A stretch of 64,000 nucleotides of DNA from Candidatus Spongiisociaceae bacterium (GCA_965262915.1 OZ253564.1:2240001-2304000), one strand, 5' to 3'. Shown: positions 27,917 to 38,262, numbered from the stretch's first letter. Notes: generated from the letters alone by a model not told the origin. Numbers and translations: made by a program.

Positions 27917-28762
27917 ATGCGGGTTGGCGTCAGCATTTTCCTAACCGACAAGTCCATCCAGCCGGTCCACCTCGGTGAGGAGTTGGAGGCTCGGGGTTTC
28001 GAGTCCCTGTGGGTGGCGGAGCACAGCCATATCCCCACCAGCCGCAGGACACCCTGGGCCAACAGGCGCAACGCTCCTCCGCTGCCGGAGGAGTACTGGA
28101 GAACCCACGATTGCTTCGTGGCCCTGTCGGCGGTGGCGGCTACGACCAAGCGGCTCCGGATCGGGACCGGGATCACCCTTGTGGCACAGCACGATCCGGT
28201 CTGGCTGGCGAAGCAGGTCGCCTCGCTGGATGTGATATCCAACGGGAGGTTCGAGTTCGGGATCGGGTACGGGTGGAACCGCGAGGAGATGGCCAGCCAC
28301 GGGGTCGACTACCGGACGCGTTACCAACTGCTCCCCGAGAAGATCGGCCTGATGAAGGCCCTCTGGACCCAGGAGCGCGCCTCCTACAGCGGGAAGATGG
28401 TGCATCTCGAGGAGAGCTGGGCCTGGCCCAAGCCCGTTCAGAAGCCCCATCCGCCCATCGTCATGGGAAGCATGGGAGGTCCCAAGGCCTTCGCCGCCAT
28501 AGCCGAATTCTGTGACGGATGGATGCCGGTGCGGCCCCGCAACCTGGGTCAGGGGATCGCTACGTTGCACGGCTACCTCGAGCGCGCCGGACGGGACCCG
28601 TCGGAGGTGGAACTCTCGGTCTATATGGCGCCGGCGGATCCGGAGAAGTGGAAGGAGTGGGAAGCGCTCGGCGTCTCGCGGGTCATGATCGGTCTCCCCC
28701 ACGCTCCGGCGGAGGTCATAGTGCCGCTGCTCGACAAGTACCAACCCTTGATCGACGCCTGA
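27917..28762 (+). CDS. LLM-class F420-dependent oxidoreductase
   Basis: GFESLWVAEHSHIP, DPVWLAKQVASLD..S.GRF..GIGYGWNREE, PKPVQKPHPP. Confidence 0.93.
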   Translation: MRVGVSIFLTDKSIQPVHLGEELEARGFESLWVAEHSHIPTSRRTPWANRRNAPPLPEEYWRTHDCFVALSAVAATTKRLRIGTGITLVAQHDPVWLAKQVASLDVISNGRFEFGIGYGWNREEMASHGVDYRTRYQLLPEKIGLMKALWTQERASYSGKMVHLEESWAWPKPVQKPHPPIVMGSMGGPKAFAAIAEFCDGWMPVRPRNLGQGIATLHGYLERAGRDPSEVELSVYMAPADPEKWKEWEALGVSRVMIGLPHAPAEVIVPLLDKYQPLIDA

Positions 28763-28933
28763 GGCGTCGCCGGTGGACATCGAGATGCGGGGGAGTCCCC
28801 CGAATGAGTGCCGGCCGGCTCATCCTGATGGGGTGCGCGAGTGCAGGAGGCGGGGAAACTCCGTCACCACTCGGAAGGCCTCGTGGTCGCAGCGGGGTAC
28901 GATCAAAGCGCCGCCTGACAGAAAAGGAACGGG

Positions 28934-29209
28934 ATGAGCTATCAGGGCTACCTTCGTGTCATAGATGCGAACGGGAACATCCTCGATGTGGCCGAGGCGT
29001 CGCTCGGCCACATCGAGCATCCCGGTCACCGCTGGGGAGGGACGTTGGTCGTCTGGGCCGGAGGCGCCCTGGACGGCAAGACCATGCCGGTCGAACTCGA
29101 GGTTCCGGGTGAGTTCCGCGCCTCGGCGCTCCTCGTGCCCGGTCCTATACAGGGCCGCCGACGCCAGATGACCGTTCTCGGCGCCGGCGCCTCACCCTTC
29201 GGGGTCTGA
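28934..29209 (+). CDS. Small hypothetical protein (DUF4873-like)
   Basis: Y.G...V, W.GTL, C-terminal G.G.SPF; RBS AAAGGAA. Confidence 0.55.
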   Translation: MSYQGYLRVIDANGNILDVAEASLGHIEHPGHRWGGTLVVWAGGALDGKTMPVELEVPGEFRASALLVPGPIQGRRRQMTVLGAGASPFGV

Positions 29210-29232
29210 ACTCCGGGTCTCTTAACCCCGGG

Positions 29233-29736
29233 TCAGGGAAGGTTCCACGCCCCCGATCCGTCGCCCGATACGGCGTCCGCCAGTGAGCGGGCAGAGTGCA
29301 TGACCGCGCTCACCACAGCCAGTACCAGGACGGCGTTCATGATGAGCTTCGACAGCAGTGGAAGGGACTGGACCAGGGCCGGCACCTTGGTGGCAGCCGT
29401 GTAGAGGATGGCCAACGTCGCCCAGGTCATCATCGCCGAGACTATGAAGAAGACCGGCTTCGAAGCGCCTGCCCCTCCGGCCATACCCTTGTAGATCAGC
29501 GGAGCGAGGAGCATCATCAAACCGAGGCCGAACAGCAGTGCGGTCGACATGTCCGCGCTGACAAAGGTCAGGACCAACGCCAGGATGACCGCGCTGGAGG
29601 ACGCCCAACTTCCCGAGAAGGACCACACCATCGGACCGACGGTTCCCTGCCATTCGCCCTCGGAATCGCGTACGGCCGCGTAAGCCACGAGTAAAGCCAG
29701 CAAGCCGCTGATGATGATCATCGAGTTCGTGTCCAT
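29233..29736 (-). CDS. Hypothetical integral membrane protein
   Basis: Several hydrophobic segments; GGGAG RBS before the ATG. Confidence 0.7.
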   Translation of the reverse strand: MDTNSMIIISGLLALLVAYAAVRDSEGEWQGTVGPMVWSFSGSWASSSAVILALVLTFVSADMSTALLFGLGLMMLLAPLIYKGMAGGAGASKPVFFIVSAMMTWATLAILYTAATKVPALVQSLPLLSKLIMNAVLVLAVVSAVMHSARSLADAVSGDGSGAWNLP

Positions 29737-29900
29737 GGATGCGCTCCCTGCTTCGCGTTCCGGTTCCGGCGCGGGACCGCCCGGAGGCCAGCCCCGCTTC
29801 GTCTCTTCTGACCGCTGAGCCGGCACAGGCGTTACTCAGCCGGACAGGTGAACAGCGAGATCGGTTCCCACCCCCACTCGCGCTGCCTATATTCTCTCCC

Positions 29901-30545
29901 GTGGACGTCGATGCGCCACGCAGCGCCGAACAGCGAGTGCAGTGGGTTTACGGCGCACGCTCGGCCGCCGAAAGCCGCCGGCGCTATGACCAGTGGGCAC
30001 CGCAATACGAGCAGGACCTGGTCGATACCTACGGTTACCGGTTACCCGACACGATCGCCGAGGACTTCGCCCGCTGGGTGACGCCTCCCGCGACCGTACT
30101 GGACGCCGGGGTCGGTACCGGGTTGGTGGGCGCCTGCCTGGCCGACCTCGGTTTCAGGGACCTGGTGGGCCTCGACAACTCGCCGGCGATGCTGGCGGAA
30201 TCCGCCCGCAAGGGTATCTACCGGGCCTTGCACGAGATGACGCTCGGCCAACCCTTGGGGTTCGACTCCGCCATCTTCGACGCGGTCATTTCCGCCGGCA
30301 CCTTCACCGAGGGTCACGCTCCGGCCTCCGGCCTGCGGGAGTTGGCCCGGGTCACCCGCCCGGGAGGCCACGTGGTTGTCGGGATCCGGCCCGACATAAT
30401 CGAGTCGCACGGGTTTGCCGAGATCATTGACGAACTGGCCGCGACCCGGGTCTGGGTGGTGGTAGATCGCACCGAGCCCCGTGTGGCGATGGAGAAGCTG
30501 GAGTCCTACGTGCGGGTGGAGACGTGGTGCTTCCGGATTCTCTGA
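29901..30545 (+). CDS. Class I SAM-dependent methyltransferase (METTL27-like)
   Basis: YDQWAPQYEQD, VLDAGVGTGLVG, GLDNSPAML, GTFTEGHAP, LARVTRPGG. Confidence 0.93.
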   Translation: MDVDAPRSAEQRVQWVYGARSAAESRRRYDQWAPQYEQDLVDTYGYRLPDTIAEDFARWVTPPATVLDAGVGTGLVGACLADLGFRDLVGLDNSPAMLAESARKGIYRALHEMTLGQPLGFDSAIFDAVISAGTFTEGHAPASGLRELARVTRPGGHVVVGIRPDIIESHGFAEIIDELAATRVWVVVDRTEPRVAMEKLESYVRVETWCFRIL

Positions 30546-30601
30546 GGGTTCGGTCCTGATCCCCTTCCTAGAGCGTGTCCCTCCTTGGTACATTCATACG
30601 G

Positions 30602-32224
30602 ATGGATAGCATGGTTCTCGCAGCCTCCGACACCGGCGACCTGGCCATTCTCTCGACCGAGGTGACCCTGGTCGGTCTGTTGGCGATAGCTGCCGCGGTG
30701 GCGATGCTGGTCTCGCGGATCAAGGTGCCGTTCACCGTGGCACTGGTGCTGGTGGGCCTCGCCCTCTCGTTCACCACCGCCTTCGACATCCATCTCTCGA
30801 AGGAACTGATCCTCGGGGTGCTGGTCCCCCCGCTGGTGTTCGAGGCGACCATGCACCTTCAATGGCACCGCCTCAAGACCGACCTGGTGTCGATCCTCAC
30901 CCTGGCGATCGGCGGCACCCTAATAGGAACCTTCCTCGTCGCGGTTCTCGTACGTCCCTTCGTGGATGTGCCGTGGCCGGCAGCCCTCGCCTTCGGGGCT
31001 CTCGTCTCGGCGACCGATCCGGTGGCCGTCATCGCCCGTTTCCGGTCACTGGGTGTCGACAAGCGACTGACCACCCTCGTGGAGGGTGAGAGCCTGTTCA
31101 ACGACGGCGCCGCCATCGTCATCTTCGGCCTGGCGGCGGCGGGAAGCACGGGCTTCACCGTCGGAGGCGCCATCGGCGAGTTCCTCCAGGTGTCCGTGGG
31201 CGGTCTGGCGGTGGGCGCGGTGTTCGGATACCTGGTGTCCAGGGTCCTGCTCAAGCACCTGGACGACCACCTGCTGGAGACGGCCATAACGTTGGCTCTG
31301 GCCTTCGGTTCGTACGTGGTGGCCGAGAAGCTGCATGTCAGCGGGATTCTGGCGGTGGTGGCGGCGGGGATCATCGTCGGTGAGGTGGGCCTCGAGAACA
31401 CATCGCCCACCACCCGCCTGAGCTTGGAGAGCTTCTGGGAAGTGCTGTCGTTCATCGTCAACGCGTTCGTATTCCTGCTGATCGGACTGCGGATCGACAT
31501 CGCCCAGATGTCCCACCACGTGCCCGCCATCCTGGTGGCGGTGGTGGCCATCCTGGTGGCCAGGGCGGTGATCGTCTACGGGACCTCCTTCGTGCAGAAC
31601 CGCATCTCCGCCACCCGCTACCTCCCGCGCGGTTTCCAACACGCGGTCTACTGGGGGGGCCTGCGGGGTGCGGTGAGCCTCGCCCTGGCGCTCACGCTGC
31701 CGTTCGCGTTCGACAGCAGGACTGCCGAGGTCCTCCAGGTGATGACCTTCGGCGTCGTTCTGTTCACCCTCCTGGTCCAGGGCACCACCATCAAGCGGCT
31801 GCTCGATCTGGTGGGTATATCCCGCCCTTCGGCCACGGCGTTGGAGCAGCAGCGGCGCCAGGCCCGGTTCTTCGCAGCCTGGGGAGGCCGGCAGGAACTC
31901 CGCCGCCTCCATCAGGAGGAGGCGGTGCAGCCTTACATGTGGCAGACCCTCGACGATCTGTACCGGGACGAGCTGGAGGAATGCCGGGCGTCCCTGGGTC
32001 TCCACCTCAGGGAGCATCCCGAGTTGGAGACCGCGATATTCCTGAGGGTACGGGCCGATCTGCTCAAGGCCGAGCGGGCTGGTCTGCTCGACGCGGTACG
32101 GCGCGGGCTGGTGAGTACCGAGGTGGCGGAGGAGGTAGCGGCGGATCTGAATACAAGTCTGGCTGCCCTCGCCTTCATCCGTTCCCGGCTGATCCGGCCA
32201 TCCGGCCAACTGGATGAGGGCTGA
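30602..32224 (+). CDS. Na+/H+ antiporter (CPA1 family)
   Basis: PPLVFEA, SATDPVAV, EGESLFNDG, WGGLRGAVSLALAL. Confidence 0.95.
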   Translation: MDSMVLAASDTGDLAILSTEVTLVGLLAIAAAVAMLVSRIKVPFTVALVLVGLALSFTTAFDIHLSKELILGVLVPPLVFEATMHLQWHRLKTDLVSILTLAIGGTLIGTFLVAVLVRPFVDVPWPAALAFGALVSATDPVAVIARFRSLGVDKRLTTLVEGESLFNDGAAIVIFGLAAAGSTGFTVGGAIGEFLQVSVGGLAVGAVFGYLVSRVLLKHLDDHLLETAITLALAFGSYVVAEKLHVSGILAVVAAGIIVGEVGLENTSPTTRLSLESFWEVLSFIVNAFVFLLIGLRIDIAQMSHHVPAILVAVVAILVARAVIVYGTSFVQNRISATRYLPRGFQHAVYWGGLRGAVSLALALTLPFAFDSRTAEVLQVMTFGVVLFTLLVQGTTIKRLLDLVGISRPSATALEQQRRQARFFAAWGGRQELRRLHQEEAVQPYMWQTLDDLYRDELEECRASLGLHLREHPELETAIFLRVRADLLKAERAGLLDAVRRGLVSTEVAEEVAADLNTSLAALAFIRSRLIRPSGQLDEG

Positions 32225-32655
32225 TGGGTCTGGTGATGCTGGCCACCAGCGCTCGGGGTGATACACGCTTGCTCCACCACACCGCCCGCCGGAGAGCGGA
32301 GGAGAAGGGAAGCGGCCTGCTCGTCGTCTACGTTCTCAGCGGAGCCGACTACCAGCGCCAGCCCCCGCAACTGCGGCAAGCCATCCGTGATGAGATGACA
32401 TGGCTGCTCCACGCCTTGGTGATGCCGACCGAGGCCGGCTCCGGATTCTCGCTGGGCCGGATAGTCGTGGACATCAGGGAGGGTGACATCGTCGAGCAGT
32501 TGATCGAAGCGGCCGAGTCGAGCCGACCCGGACTCGTCGTGTTGGGAGAACCCCGACCTGACAGCGAGCACGCGCTGAGGGAGGACGGTTACGCCCGGCT
32601 ACTCGCGTACTTCGATACCAACTCGATACCTGTCGAATGCGTAGGGACCGGATAG
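32224..32655 (+). CDS. Universal stress protein family protein
   Basis: Coupled to the antiporter; IREGDIVEQLIEAA...LVVLG. Confidence 0.7.
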   Translation: MGLVMLATSARGDTRLLHHTARRRAEEKGSGLLVVYVLSGADYQRQPPQLRQAIRDEMTWLLHALVMPTEAGSGFSLGRIVVDIREGDIVEQLIEAAESSRPGLVVLGEPRPDSEHALREDGYARLLAYFDTNSIPVECVGTG

Positions 32656-32681
32656 GCGTGGTCGGTGGTCAGGTGGATTAG

Positions 32682-32823
32682 AGGGTGCGCGGATCGGTGC
32701 TCACCCGGGGAAACACCGAGTACGACCGTTGATGAGTACACAGCGACGACCAGGGGTTCTTCGAGTTGGAGCCGGATAGGTCTATCGACAGGGGCGGTTA
32801 CGGTCCACCTATCCGCGGACCCT
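32682..32823. mobile_element. MITE-like element (142 bp) with 18-bp terminal inverted repeats
   Basis: AGGGTGCGCGGATCGGTG (32682-32699) / CACCTATCCGCGGACCCT (32806-32823), 16/18 match. Confidence 0.6.
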
Positions 32824-33040
32824 ATTTAGTCGTCCTGGCGGCTGATCGGCGTCGCTGCCATCCAACCGCGCCCCCCCGTTCGCTATTAATGTGGCCTGTA
32901 TCAACGTCTTTGGGTCTTGGATGACCGCGACCACAGCGTAGGGGACGACCCGTACGAGACTTCATCTCGTGCCGGGGCCGCACACCTCCACGGTGTCGCA
33001 TGAGACAAGCATGAGACACGAAGAACAGGGAGGTATTCCA

Positions 33041-34438
33041 GTGTCACGATGGTTCAAGAAATGGCCGACGGTCGCCGTATTGCTCGCTTTTGCCCTAGTG
33101 GTGGTGGCCTGCGGTGATGACGACGCTGACACCACGACGACGCAGGCACCGGCAACGACGCAGGCGTCGGCAACAACCCAAGCGGCTGCCCCCATGTCCG
33201 CCGACGAGTTGCTTGCGATGTGCGATGTCGCGATTCCACAGGTCAGTGTCAATTTCGGCATGGCGCCGTTCGGAGACCACACCATCTACTCGCACGCCAT
33301 GGCGGAGGGTTGGTTCGAGCAAGTCGGTGTCATCCTCAACGAAAAGTTTGTGACCATCCCCTACGAGCAGATCGTTCCCCTGCTGGTGAACGAGGACTAT
33401 GACTTCACGACCCAATACGGGCCGAACGAGATTCAGAGCATGCTCCGCGCACCGGATGTGCAGCAGGTCACCTTCAGCGATACGTACGTCGGTCTGTACT
33501 TCCTGGCGCCGCCGGACAGCGGCTTGGATACGGTTCCCGATCTCGTTGCGTCGGGTATGAGCTATGAGGATGCCTTCAAGCAAGCTGTCGGCCAGATGGT
33601 AGGGAAGCGTGTTGCGATCGACGACACGGGCTCTGCACGGGCGTTCGTCGATGCGGTCTTCGAGGCCGGTGGTGTTACTCCGGACGACTTCGCAGAGCTG
33701 TTGACCGTTGATGATGCTCGGATGCTGCTCCTGGCGCGGGGAGGTCAAATCGACTTCGGTAAACCGTTGGGGGGAGCGCAGAACGCCGAGTTGATCCAGG
33801 ACGGCTGGTATCCCATTCTCGGTGCCGCCGACCTGATTGAGTTGTTGCCGCCCGGTGACTCCCGCGGTGCAACCGGCATCGGTCACACGGGTCTCGGGGC
33901 CCGGGCCAGCCACTATGCGGAGGATCCGGATACTTTCCTGCGGGTTGCCGGCGTCATGTTCCGTGTCGTCGACGCGATCAAAAAGGACGTTGCAGAGGGC
34001 ACCGATGTTGCCCTCGCCAATATCCTCCCCGTGCTGGAGTCGGCCGCCGCGGTGGAGATCGGGATCGACGGACTTCGGATCATCTACGGCCAGATCGACC
34101 CGATGAAGTCGTTCGAGGAGCAGGAGGAGTACTGGGGCAGCGAGAGCAACCCCTTCCACTACAAGAACGTCTACCGCCCCCAGATCGAAGCTGCCCAGGC
34201 GGGCGGTATCTTGCCGGCCGACCAGGACATCGACCCGGCCTTGGGGTTCGGTCTAGCCGAGGAGATCTACGACACCCTCGTGGAACTGCGCGATCAGTAC
34301 GACTCGATGGTGTCTCAGGTGGCGGGACTCGAAGGTGGATATGCGGAGTTGGCCGCTCTAGCCGCTAACCACTACGAGAACCGCAACTACCTCGACGCCG
34401 CGCGGATGCTCGAAGCGGCCGCGGGAGGTAGTTGCTGA
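33041..34438 (+). CDS. ABC transporter substrate-binding lipoprotein (SsuA/NMT1-like), orphan
   Basis: RBS GGAGG, lipobox VVAC, Thr/Ala linker, EGWFEQVGV, GKRVA, GQID; no permease or ATPase adjacent. Confidence 0.75.
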   Translation: MSRWFKKWPTVAVLLAFALVVVACGDDDADTTTTQAPATTQASATTQAAAPMSADELLAMCDVAIPQVSVNFGMAPFGDHTIYSHAMAEGWFEQVGVILNEKFVTIPYEQIVPLLVNEDYDFTTQYGPNEIQSMLRAPDVQQVTFSDTYVGLYFLAPPDSGLDTVPDLVASGMSYEDAFKQAVGQMVGKRVAIDDTGSARAFVDAVFEAGGVTPDDFAELLTVDDARMLLLARGGQIDFGKPLGGAQNAELIQDGWYPILGAADLIELLPPGDSRGATGIGHTGLGARASHYAEDPDTFLRVAGVMFRVVDAIKKDVAEGTDVALANILPVLESAAAVEIGIDGLRIIYGQIDPMKSFEEQEEYWGSESNPFHYKNVYRPQIEAAQAGGILPADQDIDPALGFGLAEEIYDTLVELRDQYDSMVSQVAGLEGGYAELAALAANHYENRNYLDAARMLEAAAGGSC

Positions 34439-34449
34439 TAGAACGCTAG

Positions 34450-34547
34450 GAGGGTGCTGAACAAGGACGAGGGCTGGTGGCCCGTTGCTCACCGACACGG
34501 TGTTTGTCAACGATCGACGGGCCGCCGGTTGATTGCTCAGCACCCTC
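34450..34547. mobile_element. Hairpin MITE/REP-like element 1
   Basis: IR GAGGGTGCTGA/TCAGCACCCTC, flanked by CTAG/CTGG; internal GGTGGCCCGTTG/CGACGGGCCGCC stem. Confidence 0.65.
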
Positions 34548-34618
34548 CTGGGAACAAACCAAAGAAGCGGGAGATGGAATCCCGTTAGAACAAGGCATAC
34601 TCGACGGCCGTCGGCTAG

Positions 34619-34726
34619 GAGGATCCTGGAAAAACTAATCTCGGGGGTTCGCTGGTTGGCAAACTACCTGGTCTAAGCGTTGGGGCTAGCGGGCGGAACC
34701 CCCTTTGCACGGTTTTCAGCACCCTC
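34619..34726. mobile_element. Hairpin MITE/REP-like element 2
   Basis: Degenerate GAGGATCCTGGAAAAAC / GTTTTCAGCACCCTC ends, CTAG on both sides; internal GGGGGTTC/GAACCCCC stem. Confidence 0.65.
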
Positions 34727-34815
34727 CTAGAGGCCACCAGAATCGTATCCTGAGCCCTGCAGGGTTCAAGGGTATTGTTGGGCCTCTCAGCACCTGGAGC
34801 GACGGGAGACAGCAG

Positions 34816-35886
34816 GTGTCATCAACTGGACTCTACTCCGGACAGCCGCAACAAACCGTCATGACAGTGACGGGCCCACTCGCCCGTGAGGATACCGGCA
34901 TAGTGCTCACCCACGAGCATATCTTTATCGATATGCGTCAATCCTATGCCGAGGAACATCCCGACGCCCAGCACGGCCCACCCGAGATGAGTATGCTCGG
35001 CGAATGGCGCCGTGACTTCTCCAGATTCCCGGACTTCATGGTTCTGGACAACGTAGGCATGGCCATCTCCGAGATAGCTAGATTTGCCGAATCCGGTGGG
35101 AAGACCATTGTGGATGCAACTCCGATCGGCATTCGCCCCCACTCGCGACACCTTTACCCCACTGCGCTCCGGACGGTCTCTTCAGAGGCTGGCGTGAATG
35201 TCATCGCAGGATGCGGGTTCTACATCCAAGCATCCCATCCGGAGTATGTGATGGAGTTGAGCGCCGGGCTTCTCACGGAGAAGATGCTCTCCGAGATAGA
35301 GAGCGGTATCGAGGGAACTGGTATCAGACCTGGTGTGATTGGCGAGATTGGGATTAGCCAGCCGGTCGAAGAGGACGAATGGAAGGTTCTCGACGCCGCA
35401 TGTGAAGCACAGAAACAAACGGGCCTCCCGCTCTACATCCATCCCTATTTCGGCGCCCGAAGCAGAGTTGCCCCTGAGGTTGCCAAGTACGCTCTACGCA
35501 AGGGTGTCGACCCACAGAAGATCAATATGTGTCACATGGACGGGAACATGACTCTCGATTATCAGAGGCGTGTGGCGGATCTAGAGGTATTCATTTCATT
35601 CGATAACTTTGGACTAGAGATCTACTATGACTCCCTTGAGTTCAACTACAACAGCCATGATTCTCAGCGTCACGACCACTTGCTGAAGCTGCTGGACCTC
35701 GGGTACGGCGACCAGATTCTGGTGTCCCAGGATGTCTGCTATAAAGCTCAGTTGACACTGTACGGAGGTTTTGGGTACGCACATATCCTGCGAAATATCG
35801 TACCCGCTCTACGGTATGCCGGGGTTGACGACGATACGTTGGATCTCATTCTGGTCAGGAACCCGTTTCGACTGCTTAGCTACTAG
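34816..35886 (+). CDS. Phosphotriesterase-related protein (PTER/php family amidohydrolase)
   Basis: MTVTGP, LTHEHI, GGKTIVDAT, GVIGEIG, IHP, CHMD, SQDVC, GGFGYAHIL. Confidence 0.95.
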   Translation: MSSTGLYSGQPQQTVMTVTGPLAREDTGIVLTHEHIFIDMRQSYAEEHPDAQHGPPEMSMLGEWRRDFSRFPDFMVLDNVGMAISEIARFAESGGKTIVDATPIGIRPHSRHLYPTALRTVSSEAGVNVIAGCGFYIQASHPEYVMELSAGLLTEKMLSEIESGIEGTGIRPGVIGEIGISQPVEEDEWKVLDAACEAQKQTGLPLYIHPYFGARSRVAPEVAKYALRKGVDPQKINMCHMDGNMTLDYQRRVADLEVFISFDNFGLEIYYDSLEFNYNSHDSQRHDHLLKLLDLGYGDQILVSQDVCYKAQLTLYGGFGYAHILRNIVPALRYAGVDDDTLDLILVRNPFRLLSY

Positions 35887-36001
35887 CTAGCGATTCCTTG
35901 GCGGCCGGCGGTTGATCACCGTAGGAAATGCGTCAATAACCGGCCGCACCCGTGACTTCGGGTTGCGAGGTCTGAGTCTGTGGCGGGTTAGGGTTCATCT
36001 G

Positions 36002-36586
36002 ATGCAACTGGTCCTCGCCTCCGGTTCCCCGCGCCGTCGTGACCTTCTCGCCTCGCTGGGTCTCGACTTCGAGATCCGTATCCCCGAAGTCGACGAGCGC
36101 CCGCTCCGAGCCGAACGCCCGCAATCGTACGTCTGCCGTCTGGCCCGCATGAAGGCCCTGACGGTGACAGAGCCGGGGAGGGTGGTGCTCGGCGCCGATA
36201 CGACCGTTGTACACGGCGGGGAGATAATCGGGAAGCCGGACGGTCCCGGCGACGCCCAACGGATTCTTAGGCGCCTCCAAGGGGACACCCACATTGTGTG
36301 CACCGGGGTTGTAGTTGTACGGCAAGATGAGAACCTACGTGAAGTTAACGTGGAAGTTGAAGATTCTCGAGTTCGCCTGGTTCCGATGAGCGATGCCGAG
36401 ATCGCCTCCTATGTGAGCACGGGCGAGCCGCTTGACAAGGCGGGGGCTTACGCCCTGCAAGGTATCGGCGCCATGTTCGTGGACTCCGTGCACGGCAGCC
36501 CTACCAACGTGGTCGGATTGCCGCTTCACATGGCGGTACGATTGCTGCGTGCGGCGGGCGTGAAGGTGCTGGGGCAGGCCGGATGA
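36002..36586 (+). CDS. maf: Maf family nucleoside triphosphate pyrophosphatase
   Basis: LVLASGSPRRRDLL, GADTTVV, GKP, GEPLDKAGAYALQG, NVVGLP. Confidence 0.96.
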   Translation: MQLVLASGSPRRRDLLASLGLDFEIRIPEVDERPLRAERPQSYVCRLARMKALTVTEPGRVVLGADTTVVHGGEIIGKPDGPGDAQRILRRLQGDTHIVCTGVVVVRQDENLREVNVEVEDSRVRLVPMSDAEIASYVSTGEPLDKAGAYALQGIGAMFVDSVHGSPTNVVGLPLHMAVRLLRAAGVKVLGQAG

Positions 36587-38103
36587 AGCTGCTCGAAGCG
36601 GTCGCAACCTCAAGGAAGATCTCTTCGACTCGGTCCCGGCGTGCGAAGGTGGCGGGGCTGGCGGAACTGCTCGCCGAGGCCGAACCCGAAGAGATCGAAA
36701 TCGTGGTCGGTTTCCTCTCAGGGGCACCCCGCCAGGGACGGGTAGGGGTCGGCGGCGCCTCTCTGTGGGCCGTGAAGACCCCGCCGGCAGCCGAGCCCGA
36801 ACTCGATGTGCGGGAGGTCGATGAGGCCATCGGGCGCATTCCCGCCATCACCGGTCCGGGTTCCCAGGCACGGCGACGGCAGTTGCTCGGAGAGCTGCTC
36901 GGGCGGGCCACCGCCGATGAGCAGGAGTTCCTGCGCCGGCTCCTCGTCGGCGAGTTGAGGCAGGGCGCCCTGGAGGGACTCATGATGGACGCGATCGCCG
37001 CCGCGTCGGGGATCGCGGCTCCCCTCGTGCGGCGGGCGGCCATGCTGGGAGGGGAACTGGGTTCGGTAGCCGTATCGGCCCTGACAGTCGGGGAAGCGGC
37101 GCTGCGCGATATGAGGATCCGCCTCCTGCGGCCCGTGCGTCCCATGCTGGCCGTTACCTCCGGCTCGATAGGAGAAGCGTTGGCGTCGGTGGGTACCGGC
37201 TCGGTCGAGTGGAAGCTGGACGGCGCCCGGATCCAGGTTCACCGGGCGGGAGACAGATCGGCTGTCTTCACCCGCAGCCTCAACGACGTCACGGGCCGCA
37301 TGCCGCTGGTACGGGAGGTGGTGCTCGCGATGCCTGTCTCGGCGGTCGTGCTCGACGGGGAGGCCCTTACCCACGACGACCGAGGACTACCCCGGCGGTT
37401 CGAGCAGACGATGAGCCGGTTCGGTTCCCACGAGGCGGCGGACGACGTTCCGCTCATCCCGTTCTTCTTCGACATCCTCCACCTGGACGGGCGCGACCTG
37501 ATCGACGAGCCGCTCGACGTGCGGATCGAACTGCTGGAGCGGGTCGTGCCCGCCGGGTACCGGGTCCCCAGGGTGGTAACCGGCAGTGCGCCGGTGGCCG
37601 AGGAGACCTTCGCGGAAGCCCGGCGCAACCGCCACGAAGGCGTGATGGTCAAGGCCATCGACTCCACCTACGAGGCGGGCAGGCGGGGGGCGGCCTGGTT
37701 GAAGGTCAAGCCCGCTCACCACCTCGACCTGGTGGTGCTGGCGGCGGAGTGGGGTCACGGGCGCCGCACCGGGTGGCTCTCCAACCTGCATCTGGGGGCC
37801 CGTGACCGCGACACAGGAGAGTTCGTCATGGTCGGCAAGACCTTCAAAGGCCTGACCGACCAGATGCTGGCCTGGCAGACCGAGCGGTTCCTGGGGCTGG
37901 AGTCGGGCCGCCAACGCCATGTCGTGTTCCTCCGAACCGAGGTGGTGGTCGAGGTGGCATTCGACGGGGTCCTCCCCAGCCCTGTCTACCCGGGAGGGGT
38001 GGCCCTGCGTTTCGCTCGAGTCAAACGGTACCGGACCGACAAGGCGCCGGCAGAGGCCGACACGATCCAGATGATCTACCGGGTATTGGAGGGTCGCGCG
38101 TAG
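36583..38103 (+). CDS. ATP-dependent DNA ligase (LigB type)
   Basis: PVRPMLA, EWKLDGARIQVH, VLDGE, FFDIL, EGVMVK, YEAGRRG..WLKVK, ALRFARV. Confidence 0.96.
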   Translation: MKLLEAVATSRKISSTRSRRAKVAGLAELLAEAEPEEIEIVVGFLSGAPRQGRVGVGGASLWAVKTPPAAEPELDVREVDEAIGRIPAITGPGSQARRRQLLGELLGRATADEQEFLRRLLVGELRQGALEGLMMDAIAAASGIAAPLVRRAAMLGGELGSVAVSALTVGEAALRDMRIRLLRPVRPMLAVTSGSIGEALASVGTGSVEWKLDGARIQVHRAGDRSAVFTRSLNDVTGRMPLVREVVLAMPVSAVVLDGEALTHDDRGLPRRFEQTMSRFGSHEAADDVPLIPFFFDILHLDGRDLIDEPLDVRIELLERVVPAGYRVPRVVTGSAPVAEETFAEARRNRHEGVMVKAIDSTYEAGRRGAAWLKVKPAHHLDLVVLAAEWGHGRRTGWLSNLHLGARDRDTGEFVMVGKTFKGLTDQMLAWQTERFLGLESGRQRHVVFLRTEVVVEVAFDGVLPSPVYPGGVALRFARVKRYRTDKAPAEADTIQMIYRVLEGRA

Positions 38104-38107
38104 TTCA

Positions 38108-38262
38108 GGTGTTGGGTGTCAGGTGTTGGGTGTCGGGTGTCAGTGGTGACTGGCGGGACTGAAGGATGCCCGGTGCCGCTTATCTGTGTCGGTCACTCGC
38201 CCGTTCCGTAGCTGGCCACAGAACCCATCATCGAGGACTGACACCTGGCACCTGGCACCTGG
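38108..38262. repeat. Heptamer repeats GGTGT(C/T)(A/G) x5 and inverted T(G)(A/G)CACC x3
   Basis: 38108-38142 and 38239-38262, between convergent genes. Confidence 0.75.
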
